This document shows positions 37,235 to 49,900 of a stretch of 64,000 nucleotides of DNA, piece after piece. The notes under the pieces were generated by a model. The model ran no database searches. It worked only from the letters and a program-made list of their open reading frames with translations, and had not been told where the DNA came from. A program made the position numbers and the translations under genes. Each line of letters begins with the position of its first letter. The stretch's first letter is position 1. Where the stretch lies: positions 1,736,001-1,800,000 of the forward strand of contig NW_024704753.1 of the NCBI RefSeq assembly GCF_018977255.1. The letters run 5' to 3'. Source of the DNA: Callorhinchus milii (lineage: Eukaryota).

Positions 37235-39508
37235 ATAAATGGAATACTGTGAAGTTTATTGGACATTATTTAATGACTAGCCTTTCAACCATGTCCTGAA
37301 TAGTTTTAAATCAATGAATTTAAACTGTGAGGAGTGACATTTTCCATTTGGCCTTTGCAAAAAAACAAACAAAATCAATTCACAAAACACACACAACTCA
37401 CCGTTTTCTCCATAGTCACATTTATTGACATAGCCAATATGATTACCTTTGCACAGATAGTCCTGGGACAATAAACCTTTCTTTAGTTTTCAATTATTTC
37501 CACGTTATATGCCAACTCTTTAACCTAAAGTTAACATTTTCTGAAACTTTTTTTTTAAAAAAACACTTTAATCTTCAATTTAATTGAAAAATAATCTGTG
37601 TAAAGGTCTCTAGGCTGGCACACATGCATATGACATTAAGTTTAGGCCAACCTGCCACTAAATGATAATGCACATAAAAAATAATACAGTACTGTGAAAT
37701 TGCTTCAAATAAATACCCACATGAAGTACATAAATTTTTTTAAATGTAACAATTGAGCGTATGATCAATACTGCAATAAAAGGAAAATAGAAAGTCTGCA
37801 CAGGTAAGAATCACACCACCATTATTTCAGTGAACAGAAAATATCTTTCTCAACAACGCTAGGATTCATCATCAGAATTGCACTTAATTTAAACACGCGT
37901 CTCAATTTGAACCAATTTATCCGGACTGGGCCTCGACAAACACCACCCGAGTGATCGGGTGTCTGGATTTGTTGATGCCGTGTTTATTTTCTGTTTGCTG
38001 AATTTACACAATGATTACATACATGGCTGGTAAGAAAAATTATTAATGTCTCACGTTTCCACACCTGCCGACAATACCAGTTACTGTGACCATCACCATA
38101 TGAATGAAGCTAAGATACATTTAATATAGACCTCTGTACTGCAACCACACATGTGTTAATACAGTTTAATTAATTTTTCTGTTAGGAGTCCCAAATCACT
38201 AGGTTTGGTTCCTAAAAGTACGATAATTAGCATCCCCTGAATTTTGCATGAATCTGCATCTCAAAAAGCATCGTCGAACTAACAGAATTTCAGACAATTT
38301 CTTCGTAAAATTAAGACTATGGTCGATCGAAATTCTGTGCAAGGAGTCGGTTCTCAATTGCACTTATTGCTCTGAACATTTTTTTTTAGAAATTTGAATA
38401 AAATTTTTGTTTTGTGTTCAATAAATTAAATTAGAGGCTCGAGCACTCTCTCCGGAAATTATCAAAGGCACTAACTGGCAAAATTAACAAAAAACAAGGC
38501 AATGGAAACGGAACACCCCGCAACAGACAATCTTCAGCTTTTTTTTTAATCTGCTATGTGTACCAAGTTTTGGCACAGCGACAAAACAAGAAAATAATGT
38601 TCGCAATTCCAATTTGGAATTTATTTGGCGTACTCGTATAAAATTCTGTTAAATCGATGATACTTTAGTCTTTTTTAATAAAAAAAACACAGAAATCCTG
38701 GCATCTGTAGGTAATGCTACTTTTCAAGTGCCCCATTACCGGTTACCAGAACAAAGTCAAGTTTTCTTCCTTGTTACAATTGAACTATTCCTAAGAATAA
38801 TAGACATGAAAACCCCAGAATTTGATCACCCTGGATTTTAGAACATGGCAGTTAAACATCAGTAAATAAAACAAGAGCTTAAATTTGAATGGAGAAAATG
38901 CTGAAGCACAACGGAGAGTTTACAACAGAACCCCCAGGTTGTGTAGAAATTCAATTCAAATACAGGTTATTAAAACAAAATACACCCACTACAAACATGC
39001 TGGTGCAGGGGAGCAAGCCACCAGAACAAAATAACCAGGGAGAGGAAGGGGTTTATTTCTACATACCACAGCATTTTCTACCCTTCGTAAGAATTTTAAA
39101 AAAAAATATCAAAAGTGCACGGGTATAACATCTGATTAAAAACACTGAATAATTGCAACACAAAAAACATAATGATTACCATAACACGCGTCTCCGACTC
39201 CTGTAATATTCTACTATAAAGCAACAGGTTATTCAAATCATTGAAGATTTCTTCAATACTTGTGAGTTCTCTTCCTGCAGCAGCAATTAGCAATGCATTT
39301 TTGTTCATACTTGCAATGTTATATTGTGATAGAAAAACACAAGGCATTAGACTTTATTATTACTATGGTTCAATAGTGTTTTCTTCACTACCAGTTCAGT
39401 TTGTGCCACAAGCTACTCTGCGTTAATAATCTCTAGCAATTTTGTTTTTAAAACGGGGGGAATGCAATAAACTGCACTCTCAGTCGGAAAGTCCATCTCC
39501 TGGGACTA
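37235..39508 (-). other. BICD2: Probable BICD2 3' UTR, candidate poly(A) signal AATAAA at 37255-37260
   Basis: AU-rich, free of recognisable SINEs, downstream of the candidate terminal exon. The 3' end is inferred only from the hexamer. Confidence 0.45.
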
Positions 39509-39514
39509 TTATCG
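39509..39514 (-). CDS. BICD2: Candidate terminal exon of the short BICD2 isoform (CGA TAA; protein ends ...NNPSR*)
   Basis: Strong polypyrimidine tract ttttattttgtttttccctttttcag followed by one codon and a stop. Phase 0 matches the donor at 42620 and parallels the mammalian short isoform ending ..PSL*. Confidence 0.65.
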   Translation of the reverse strand, partial: R

Positions 39515-42500
39515 CTGAAAAAGGGAAAAACAAAATAAAATTAGCCCAAAAAAATTTATCGGAAAAACAAACACCTTCTTCACATGATGTAGTTCATGAA
39601 GAATGAATGCATAGCATAAAGGGTTTGCCAAGCCAGATTAGTCTGTTAATGAGAACAGTGGGACTGTTAGAGGTCAGAGAAGGCAGCCATTCTGAAGTGC
39701 TTCTGAACATATCAAGCATCAGGGAAGGGAAGGTTCAATATGATATAAGCAACAAGTCGAGAGCCATTTGCAGGAAGCTTTGCCTCACAAGTATTGAGTG
39801 ACCTTACACGGTCATGCAGGGAGAACAGTTTATCAAACTAACTGCTTTTTGGAGCCATTAGCATTACACGGAGACATGCAGGCCATTACATGCAGGCTGG
39901 TGTAAGGAATAGCAGATCCAGCCAGAGCCATAGGGCAAGCCTGTGAGCGGAGGTAGGCAATAACATTGGTGTCCCAGCAGCTGTTAAGAGAACACTAGAT
40001 ATACAGAGTGAGCATTCCAAAAGGGTTTGGGAAACTTGTGCGGGATGGATGCCATTATCAAAGAACCAGCTTATACTTTTAAAATACATTTGAACAGTTG
40101 CTCGAAGTCACTCTACAAAATGTTTTTCTTTTTTTTTTGCCAGTAATCAAATTTGCTGCTTGTTTTTTTTTTTGACATACACACACACTACCGTTAGAGA
40201 GAAACAATTGTTCCTTTAAAAAGCTTCCGGAAACATTGGAAGCAAACATACATATGCTTCAAATAGAGCAACAGTGTTTAAGTTCACATTTTGAAATGCC
40301 AGTGTCATTAAAACCACTGGTATTTATTTCTCAGTAATCCACAATGCAATTAAGTACCAGCAGAATAAAGGCCTTTGAAGGGTTGTGCAGCATAAAAGAT
40401 TAAAACAGGGTTGAACACTAACAGATACTCTTACATACACAGAATTCCAATGACGCTATAGATGGGGAACAATGACAATTAAATTAAAAGGAGCAAGACT
40501 CTTAATTCATTTCAAAGTTCTGCTTCGTAAAGAGTTCTTTTGGGGGGGAAAGAGTTCTGCCATTCAACTCTGCTTCAAGTCATTTTGAAGCTCACAGCCA
40601 GGAGAATACTACACATCAATTCACTGTGAGAAGCTGAACGACATAAACGAGTCCAGTTTCCTTTTGTGACCGTGAGATCATACCCTGCTAATCTAGGCCA
40701 AGAGCCACCCAAAAGAGAGAGGGAAAATCCACAATCACAGCTGTCTGTTATATGTGCAGGTTCATATTTAATACTCGATTACCAAACTCCGAACAGTATG
40801 CGCTTTTTACTATAGCTTTCTCCATATCGGTAGTGGACATGCTATATATTAATTTGCATGGTCTTGGTTACGGACCATAATTAATTGCAAACTTTACCCT
40901 CTTGTCAACAGAACAAGATTAACTGCATTAAAGATGCAGCAATTCAGAAGCTGCAGTTTGTAATCTAAGTAATGATACAAATCCAATGCATTTCATTGAG
41001 AGGCACAGCACAAACTAAACAAAATCCTTATAGGGACATTGCTCCGGGCTTTTTTCTAATAAAAAAAAGTTACACAATTCAACCGAACCGTTTGGCAAAA
41101 TATTGAATTTTGTATTTCACAAATTGGGGATTTTCCACGTTGCGATAATATTTAGAAAAAAACCTCAGCACTCTCTTTTTTGGGGACGGACAACAAGGCG
41201 ATTAATGCACAAGTCGATTACCTTGTGCTTTTAAAGTGATTTTTCCTGACTACTTTAAGGCTGCGCAGCGATATGGAAGGAGCATGCTGCTTATAATCTA
41301 TGAGAAATGGTAGTTAGGTGAAGAAGATCGAGCAGCAGTACAGGAGGATTAACAGTTTTAGAGAAAAATGTTCATTCCGCATTTCATTCCATTTCAGGCA
41401 GGTTGTACATTTCCCCTAGGATTCACGTAGGATTCACGATTACACAAAGCAAATGGTTAGTGACAGACAATCCAACACAGGGCTTTACATTAACAAACCA
41501 CATTTTTTCTTTGCAATCATGACATCCCCTGCATTTTACAAAATTTCTCATCCTGCAAATAGGATATGCATTCGATTTACTATTTGCAGCCAGGATGTTT
41601 GCATACTGTTAAATTTCAGTAGTTTTGATTCACAAGTTGCAGAGCATATATTAATTAGCACGAGCACTTCAACTCATCAATTTTTTTTTGCATTCAACAT
41701 TTGTGTTCTTTTCCTAAGACCTGACCAGTGGGCACTTAATGCAGAGCCCTGCCATCAGAGTTTTTGGAGACATCTTTGAAATGATTAGAATACATGAACA
41801 AACAGCATTTAACCATAAACACAGAGAAGCATTGCATTTTCTTGGAATTCTAGTGTGTGCATACTGGAGCCGAAATATCAAATTGAAGCTGAGAGTATCT
41901 CTCGGATACCGAATAACCTTCACCCACTTTCAAGTTTTAAGAACAGCGTTAGTAAATGGTAAACTCCGAGAACCGTTACGATAGGAAAGCACAATTACAA
42001 ATGTTCTCATTAAAACATTTAGAAAACTGCATCTCAACGTGAGCATCATTTTGGTTAAAAAAAAAGTTAATCGTTGAAACGCAGTTGGAATTGGGATGGC
42101 GTGAATTTGCATATATCAATACTGTAAACATGTGCAACATTGTTAAAATCTTAACACCCCCCCTTCGTCTACAAAGTGAAGTGCAAACTAAAGCCGGGAG
42201 GAAATAAAAGCACATTTGTGCTGTGCAGACTTCAGACAGTGGTACTGTAGCAGGCTGACAAGATGAACGACACCTCAGAGATACCCATGCTACCCATATA
42301 TATGCATGGGTACGAACAGTTAAAGCCCCCACATCACAAAGTATTTACGTTAACGAATGCAGCTACTTTCATCTCCATACATTATGTACTGGTTAACATA
42401 CAACCCAATACAGATCAACTCACTGCAATGCTAAAAATAGGGGCGTTAACGCTGCACTGAACACCAAAGTGTTACACCTAGACTTTACTACCAGACTTCT

Positions 42501-42523
42501 TGTGAGCCTCTAGGTACCACCGG

Positions 42524-42830
42524 TCAGTCACAGTAGATTTTATACTTTTCACTGCAAAACACCTGGTTATTGACAACGATTCCCTCTTGTCTGACAGCAC
42601 AAGAGCGCATGTGACTTACACTGGGATTGTTAACTCTGGGTTTTGTCCCCGATTTGGTTCGGCCACGCCTGTTCTGCTCGTGGTCGAACTCCAGGTCCTC
42701 GAGCCGCTGTGTCAGTGCCAGTTTCTGCTGAATGGCCATGCGAAGCAGAGAGTTCAACGTCTTCTTCTCATCCTCAGCAGCAGACAGCTGACGCTGCATA
42801 TCATCCAGCTGTGTCACGTATTCATCACAT
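42524..42830 (-). CDS. BICD2: BICD2 exon 7, long read-through form ([15 protein letters not shown]...[35 protein letters not shown])
   Basis: ORF 42524..42847. ccag|A acceptor completes the Arg codon. The C-terminus resembles the BICD2 long isoform (..[14 protein letters not shown]), not BICD1. Internal donor AGT|gtaagt at 42620/42619. Confidence 0.95.
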
Positions 42831-43940
42831 CTGGAATACAAAATCATTCGGCTGGCTTAATTTCTGAGTGGCAACTGACTTTTTCTCATAATCATTCCAG
42901 TTCAGCCAGTTTACTCCACTGATAAATTGGCACTGCATTTTGCCCACAAAAATACAGTCAATTCATTCACAGTATATTCTGGTGAAGCGCTTTGAGACGT
43001 CTCAAAGATTACTATTAATATTATTGTAAAATTTTCTGGTTTGGTCTATGTCATTTAAGACCTGTTGGCCAATTAATACATAAACGACTACATTTCGCAG
43101 TCAAGAAATCAAGAATTTTTTTTTGCATTATTTAAAACATCTCGATGTAAATTTAAAACCAATACATGCACCTACAAGACAGATACAGTATAGCATTTTA
43201 ATCCTACAACACAAACCTGCGAGATCAACACTTATGCAGTTCAGATCATTTGCAGACGACTTCTGCTATGATCAGAAATGATTGGTGGAGAAACAGTGCT
43301 TTTGTTTTCTATCCACAGTAGCCCTGTTTACTACATAAACTATTGCCAAACAAAAACCAAGCAAAAGCATATGAGCCAAGGATACATACACTGTAAATAG
43401 TAACACATTTCCGTTCCAACAATGATCCACATTCTATGTACGTGAAGGCTATGGTTCTAAGCTGGAAGCAATGCTTTCAATGATTATGTTCAGGAACAAC
43501 AATGTTATCAGTAGTGTAAACAAGCAGAGATGTGGAAATATCCAAACACACTGAAAATAGCCGCACTTAAGGAAGAAGCATCAACATCTACACTGAAAGG
43601 GCACATGACAATAAGAGACCGTATGTGCTGAATAAAATGTTGCAGCGTTTAAAGAGGTATGAATCGGTGTCAGGAATAAAACAGTGAAACAGACCCGACT
43701 CCAGTTCAGAGGTTCACCTGCTGCTTCCACCAGGGAACTGCACGCTCCACAGCTAAACAATGGGAGAGGAAAGCGAGGTTTACTGACAAGGCTCACAATT
43801 CTCTCCCTCTGGAAATCTGCCCTCCTTAAAACGGGAACTCAACAACATGGTCCTTGCGAAGAGGTGTCGGCAAAAAAAAAACGTTAAGCAATTGCACTTT
43901 GTCGAAGGGTTTCGTTTTCTGAAGTAGGTTTCAACGTGCA

Positions 43941-44212
43941 ATAATAATAAATAATAATAATAATAATAATCCTTGCATTTGATATAGCGCTTTTCACGTC
44001 AGGAGGACGTCCCAAAGCGCTTCACAGAACACACTGTAAAGTGAAGTGACTGTATATTTGTGGGCGAACGCGGCAGCCAATTGCGCACAGCAATGTCCCA
44101 CAAACAGTCGTGGATTGAAAATGACCAATTTATTATTGTTTTTGGTTTTGGAGGGATTATTATTATTAGGCTCTGTGTGGAGTAAGAAAACTTGCCCAAG
44201 GTTTCGCCCTGA
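43941..44212 (-). mobile_element. Young SINE subfamily copy in BICD2 intron 6
   Basis: Near-identical to 34677-34912; long (TTA)n tail. Confidence 0.92.
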
Positions 44213-44349
44213 CCTATTATTTATTGTTTATTATTTACATGAGAAATTATTTACATGAGAAATTTGGATACACACAATGTTTCCAAATTGGAAAACATAC
44301 AGGATATACTGGCTTATAACTTTAGAGACCACTTAATGCCATCAATAAA

Positions 44350-44815
44350 TATCCACAGTACAACTCCGGGTTAGCGACGCACCCTTAATTTATTTATTTA
44401 TTTATAACGATTAATTGTCATCGTTTCACGCGATAAAAACACTTGTGGCCGTCTTGATAATGAAATGCTAATGCCGTGAGGAACGACGGACATGTTCCTG
44501 CGTTGCGCGATTACCGGTCAGTGGGTTTTCATAACTAAAATGGTTAAGCCCCCACAACCACCCCCCCTCCCCACACAATAAAAAACCCTAACCCTGCCAC
44601 AAGATCAACGGTTTGGAGAGTCGCTCCACAGCACCGGAATGCAAGCGTCACTTGCACGGTTTAAACGGTAGGTGGCGCTACTGCATAACCCACCGCCGCC
44701 GCCAATCGCCACCGCCACCGCCACGGCTGCTGTGGCACCGAACGGCCAATCTGCTCGGTCGCAACGTGCGGCGCAGCGCGCAGGCAGCTGTGTCACACAA
44801 GGCAGCTGAGGAAGC

Positions 44816-44851
<36 letters not shown>

Positions 44852-45010
44852 ACATTCAATGAAAATACACGCATCCTTCAGCAAGCTCCTGCGCTCTCTC
44901 TCTCTCTCTCTCTCTCGCACAGTTACTGCGTAAGCCGCCGCGAATCGTGAAAGAGAGATTTGAACGCCATCCGCTGGCTTGCCCGCTGACCGCTAACGAT
45001 GTGTCTGATA
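44350..45010. promoter_or_regulatory. CpG-rich intronic island with CCAAT boxes and a CTCF-like motif
   Basis: Abundant CpG in an AT-rich intron. CCAAT at 44702 and 44746; CGGTAGGTGGCGCTA at 44666-44680. Confidence 0.45.
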
Positions 45011-45243
45011 CAAAAAAACACACACTGGCTGGAGAGACTGCATAATGGAATTCAAATCGTAAAAAAGCACCCACGTCAAGCTACTAAAATCTGATATGCA
45101 ATACAAATTCACATTTGTATAGAAATAATAGCTCGTGTCGGGAAGACGTGATATATTGTATACAAAAGTAGAGTAAAAGTCTAAATGTTATATTCGATAT
45201 TGTTTTATGCTACATGTTTAAAGTCAAAAGCAACGTTTATAAA

Positions 45244-45562
45244 AATAATAATCCTTGCATTTGATATAGAGCTTTTCACGTCTTCTCGACGTCCCAAAGC
45301 GCTTCACAGAACACACTGTAAAGTGAATTGACTGTATATTTGTGGGCGAACGCGGCAGCCAATTGCGCACAGCAATGTCCCACAAACAGTCGTAGATTGA
45401 AAATGACCAATTTATTATTGTTTTTGGTTTTGGAGGGATTATTATTAGGCTCTATGTGGAGTAAGGAAACTTGCCCGAGGTTTCACCCTCTGCCTGGAAT
45501 TGAACTCAGGTCTCTCACTTGCAAAGCGAGTGCTCTAACCACTGAGCTACAGGAACCTGACT
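45244..45562 (-). mobile_element. Full-length young SINE with intact tRNA-Ala(TGC)-like head
   Basis: Minus strand: GTAGCTCAGTGGTTAGAGCACTCGCTTTGCAAGTGAGAGACCTGAGTTCAATTCC (A box, TGC anticodon loop, B box), then body and tail. Confidence 0.92.
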
Positions 45563-46429
45563 AGAGCTTACTTGGTTTCCCGAAAATATTACATTTTACA
45601 GCAGCACAGCTAGGTCCCAATTGCCATTCCGAAATTCTTATATGAATATCAGGTGAAAACTGCGTCAGGCTCATTCGTGTTGGCTGCAAGGCGAAATAGC
45701 CCCCTGACATTTGCTGTAGCTTTTGGAAAAGGTCCAGCGGTGCTAAATTCTCTGGGTCAACCCTCAGTCTAGCAATACACGCACTGCATCTTGAAAGACG
45801 TTGCATTACTTTTAAATAAAATGCATTCATATCTACAAAATCTTTGGGCTTCACTTGACTGGTAAGAATGCGATGGCTTAACTTTATTCCAGATGAAAGC
45901 TTAATACGAACTGACTGCAGGTACCAGTATAACTGGGACTATTGAGCACTGATTTGTTCACCTGTTCATTAATGGCATTAAAGCTAAAATAGTGTACCCT
46001 CTCGAGTCTTTCATGTCTTATCTGACAAAGCACTTGCTCTTACAGGATATACTGTCAGGAAACTTGATGCTACGCCTGGCAGACATTTTGCCCAATTCAA
46101 GAACACTTGGACTGTTAAACTTGCTGACCCGTCAATATAAATAGGAAAACTACAATTCGCTTTCCGAACACTAGAAGTTTAGACTGAGTACCGAGTTTTC
46201 GCTTTAATTCTTCGCTGATGCATCCTCACTGATTTAATTTCTCTGAAAACACCACCCCCTCCCCATGACTCATGAGAAACTGCTGCTGGAATGAAAACAA
46301 AAGCACAATGGAAGAAACAGCTATTTGGTTTTCCAGCCACACAAAGCTACCCATTCTGGACTTCAGCTCACTCCCTGCCTGCCAAAACAAAGTGTTGTAC
46401 AGGCACTGAACTCTAACAGCGCTGAAGAA

Positions 46430-46605
46430 TAGAGTCATAGAATGTTACAGCGCAGAAGGAGCCCATCCAGCCCATCGTGCCTGTGCCGGGATCTTTGAAA
46501 GAGCCATCCAACTAGTCCTGCTCTTACCCCACAGCCCTGCAAATGTTTCCTCTTCAACAACCTACCCAATTCCCTTTTGAAAGCTGCTTTTGAATCTGCT
46601 TCCAA
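46430..46605 (-). mobile_element. CR1 LINE 3' end
   Basis: catagaatgttacagcgcagaaggagcccatccagcccatcgtgcctgtgccgg...cccaattcccttttgaaagc is the reverse of a CR1-type tail. Confidence 0.75.
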
Positions 46606-47599
46606 ATAAACTCAGATTATATATTCGTCTCGCTGTTCATCTCCACTGTACAACTTTTCCTCAACAGGTACTTCCTTTGCAGCAACACAAACAATTCAGT
46701 TCCTCGGAGAATGTCAATCTCAGTCTGTATAATCCTTATTTCTTCCTTCAGCATTCTTTTCCAGCAATGATTCCAGGTGTATGAAGGTGTTAATTGAGAG
46801 TATCAACTGATTTTGACAGGAGGCGGTTACACATATGAGCAACTTTTAGGGGGAAACCAAATCCTAATCTCTATTCCTGATCGAAACTTTAATTTTAGGT
46901 TCTGGTTCTCCTCTCATGATCCAAGACAATTAATGTGTTTCTATCTACCTCATCTACTTCCTGCTTCTATAAAAGCACGGGGTCAGTCCTTCACATCAAT
47001 TCCCCCCCCACGAAAACAAAAAGATGTCATGACAACCCAGCCAGCCTAAATCAGTGAGCGCAAAACATTTTAAATTGCAGAATAAAAACAGAAGGCGTCA
47101 TAATTGAAGCATTGAAGAGTGAAATCAACACCATAAAAGGAATCGTGAACTGTTTTAAGTTTTAGGCTTCCATCAAAATATCCAAATTCACTCAAAGGCT
47201 GAGTAAAATGGCTTAAAATATTCTGTTGGTTTGAAAAAACGCAAATATTGGTTGATGGGCTTGATGAATGATACTTATAATTAATGAGACCGGATGGTGT
47301 GTACTTAGTTAGCTCTTTTGAACACATACACTTCCTGTTGGTAATCGCTTGATTGATGAAGACATTTCGTAGCCTTATTAAATCGGTGAAGCTTCAAGGA
47401 GGCACTTAGAACAAACATTGTGTGTTTCGGATAGGAATCCTGCTGGTTTCATCTTTGAAGAAAATAATTTTAGGCACTGACACAACTCACATGAATCACA
47501 CTTCCTGTTGACTGTGGAGGAGCATGATGCACCACTAAAAANTTGAGTTACAATTCCCCTCCCTCCCACCACCATTCTGGTAGGTTCAACTTGAGGCTC

Positions 47600-47845
47600 A
47601 AGACTACACAGGCAAGGAAGGTTGCAGGTTTGATTCCCTTTCTGTGCTTCAGCTGATCTCGGCCATGGTACAGCTTGGAGCACGCCAGTGTCACCCTTTG
47701 ACTTACCTGAGCTGAGGAGGAGAAAAGAGTGACGGATTCTGTTCCTTATCACTATCCTGCTGGAAAGTGTGCGAAATCTAGGTTTGGTTATCGCAGCCTG
47801 CTGACATTCACCTCACTCACCTTCTAGGTTCACACGCAGAGGATA
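47600..47845 (+). mobile_element. Old decayed SINE of a third family
   Basis: B-box-like caggtttgattccc, then ctgtgct..agctgatctcggcc..tatcctgctggaaagtg, which resembles a shark SINE as I recall it. Confidence 0.45.
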
Positions 47846-49379
47846 TATTCCAATACACGGTCCCGTCATGCCCCCTCAAATGATCGCTACAAATGACGAG
47901 ATGCCCAGTGGTTTCGTAGGAAAAGTATATTAGCCTTTCTCTCCATTATTTTCCCCCCTCTCTCATTTTGATCTTTAGGTCAAATTTGGAACAAAGAGAC
48001 AATTGAAGGAACCTACTCTTAGACCTTTGCTATATTCTCATCAAGTCATTTGCTCAGAGATGTGTCAGATGAGCTTGCCAGACTTTCTCTCCCTCAGATT
48101 TTCCCTTTTCTCTAGTTTACATTTGGGGCAATACGGCAGGATCAGAGCCCCCCCCCCCCACCCCATAATGCATTGATGTTCCTCAACAGATCTTGTACTC
48201 TGTAACTTCTCATTTCAGTAAGTTTTGCCTGCTGGCTGGCCTGATGGTAAGGAAAGTAAGAAGCAAGTGCTAAATGAGGGCAGTGCTCTCTCTACCTTTC
48301 GAAGAAAAAAGTAGATCTTGGTAGACAGTAGATAGTTAACTCAATTAAATCACAGGTGCCATTTTATGAACACTGATGCAGATATTTTCTTACTCGGACA
48401 TAAGTTGAGAAGCTGACTCCTTAACACATTAATCATTTATTGCTATGAAAGATATGGGGGCAAGACTTTCAATCCCACAAACTCGAAAAATGCTCCAGCA
48501 AAATTAAATTGTTTAATTTAAGGACTAATTCCTGAAGGGTGACAAGTTTAAGCTAAGCATCAGACTTCATCATCTTATAGATTATATAGGAATTTTAATT
48601 GCAATTTGAATAATATATTTGGCATGTTGACTGTGCATGCACACCGGGGGCAAAATGGCTCCAAAGTTCGCTATATATTGGTGCAATCGAACAGCGAGGA
48701 GATAACAATAGTCAGCAACATCAAAAACTGCTTTACTTTTTAATTAAAGGCACCATCAAGAGACAAAAAATTATATACTTTAGTTTTTAATTCCATCCTC
48801 TCACCATGAATCAATCACCTGAGATTTTCAGGGTGGGGAGAAGAGAGAGAGAAAATTTCACCGTCTACTTCACTGGATTATTTTCCCTCCTCTATGACTA
48901 GCCTTCAGCTATGAGGTGAGTGTTGGCAGGCTATTCACAATGCTGGTTATAAATTTGTAATGAAGATACTGTAAAGCTAAGCGTTTCAAAGCTCGGGAGG
49001 TAATCAGTCAGGGTTTATCAACAGACTGCAGCGAGTCGTGGCAGAACATGGATTTATAAAGAGAGTTCACAATTTTAAGTCACGTTTTTAAAGGTAAGCC
49101 ACATGGCCAGAGGGAAAGGGGAAAGTGTATAAAAATTGGAATGGAAGTCGATGCTCCTCCATACACCCAGCTGCCACTTACCCATACCCAGATGTAGGAG
49201 AAAGTTGCCTGCCTATTCCCCTTCAGTTGAAGAACACCTCAAGTTGCCTGCCCTCGCACCAGTTGAAGGATATGTAATCATAAGAGACTTAGTGGTAAAT
49301 GAAATGAAAAGGATCGAGCGAAAATTGAACCCATGCGTTTCACCAAAATTAATTAGATTCTAAGATAACCGTGCCTTTA

Positions 49380-49532
<153 letters not shown>

Positions 49533-49900
49533 CTAAAAGAACAGAGATTTTTCTAAAAAAAGTCTTTCACTGTCAATTAATACCACGTACATTTTGAATC
49601 ATATTCCAGCAAGATATCATTAGCTGTTCCCAAAGCTAGTTTATTAAGCTACGTATGACTATCACTTGGACAGCTCAAAATTGGCTAAGATTCAATTGTT
49701 TTTAACAAATTAAAAGATTTTATTAGATGAATAATATTAATCCTTGCATTTGATTTAGCGCCTTATCACGTCTTCGAGACGTCTCAAAGGGTGTCACAGA
49801 ATATACTGTAAAGTGTAGTGACGGTGTGTTTTTATGGACAAAACTACTAACACTAAGCTTTACCCATTCTTCTCGAGCACATAGAAGTGTTCCCCCGTAC

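Noticed and set aside
40684-40692. 9-nt in-frame microexon (ctag|ATTAGCAGG|gtatga) in the BICD2 last intron
   Set aside because: Phase-compatible, but such short AG..GT windows are frequent by chance and there is no independent support without RNA-seq.
44222-44265. Tandem duplication of tatttacatgagaaat next to a SINE end
   Set aside because: Both copies lie on one side of the SINE, so this is not a target-site duplication; probably a local slippage or repair scar.
45490-45562. tRNA-Ala gene
   Set aside because: The tRNA-like sequence runs directly into a SINE body and has no convincing acceptor stem or terminator; it is a SINE head, as at 6.6, 9.7, 17.0 and 17.5 kb.
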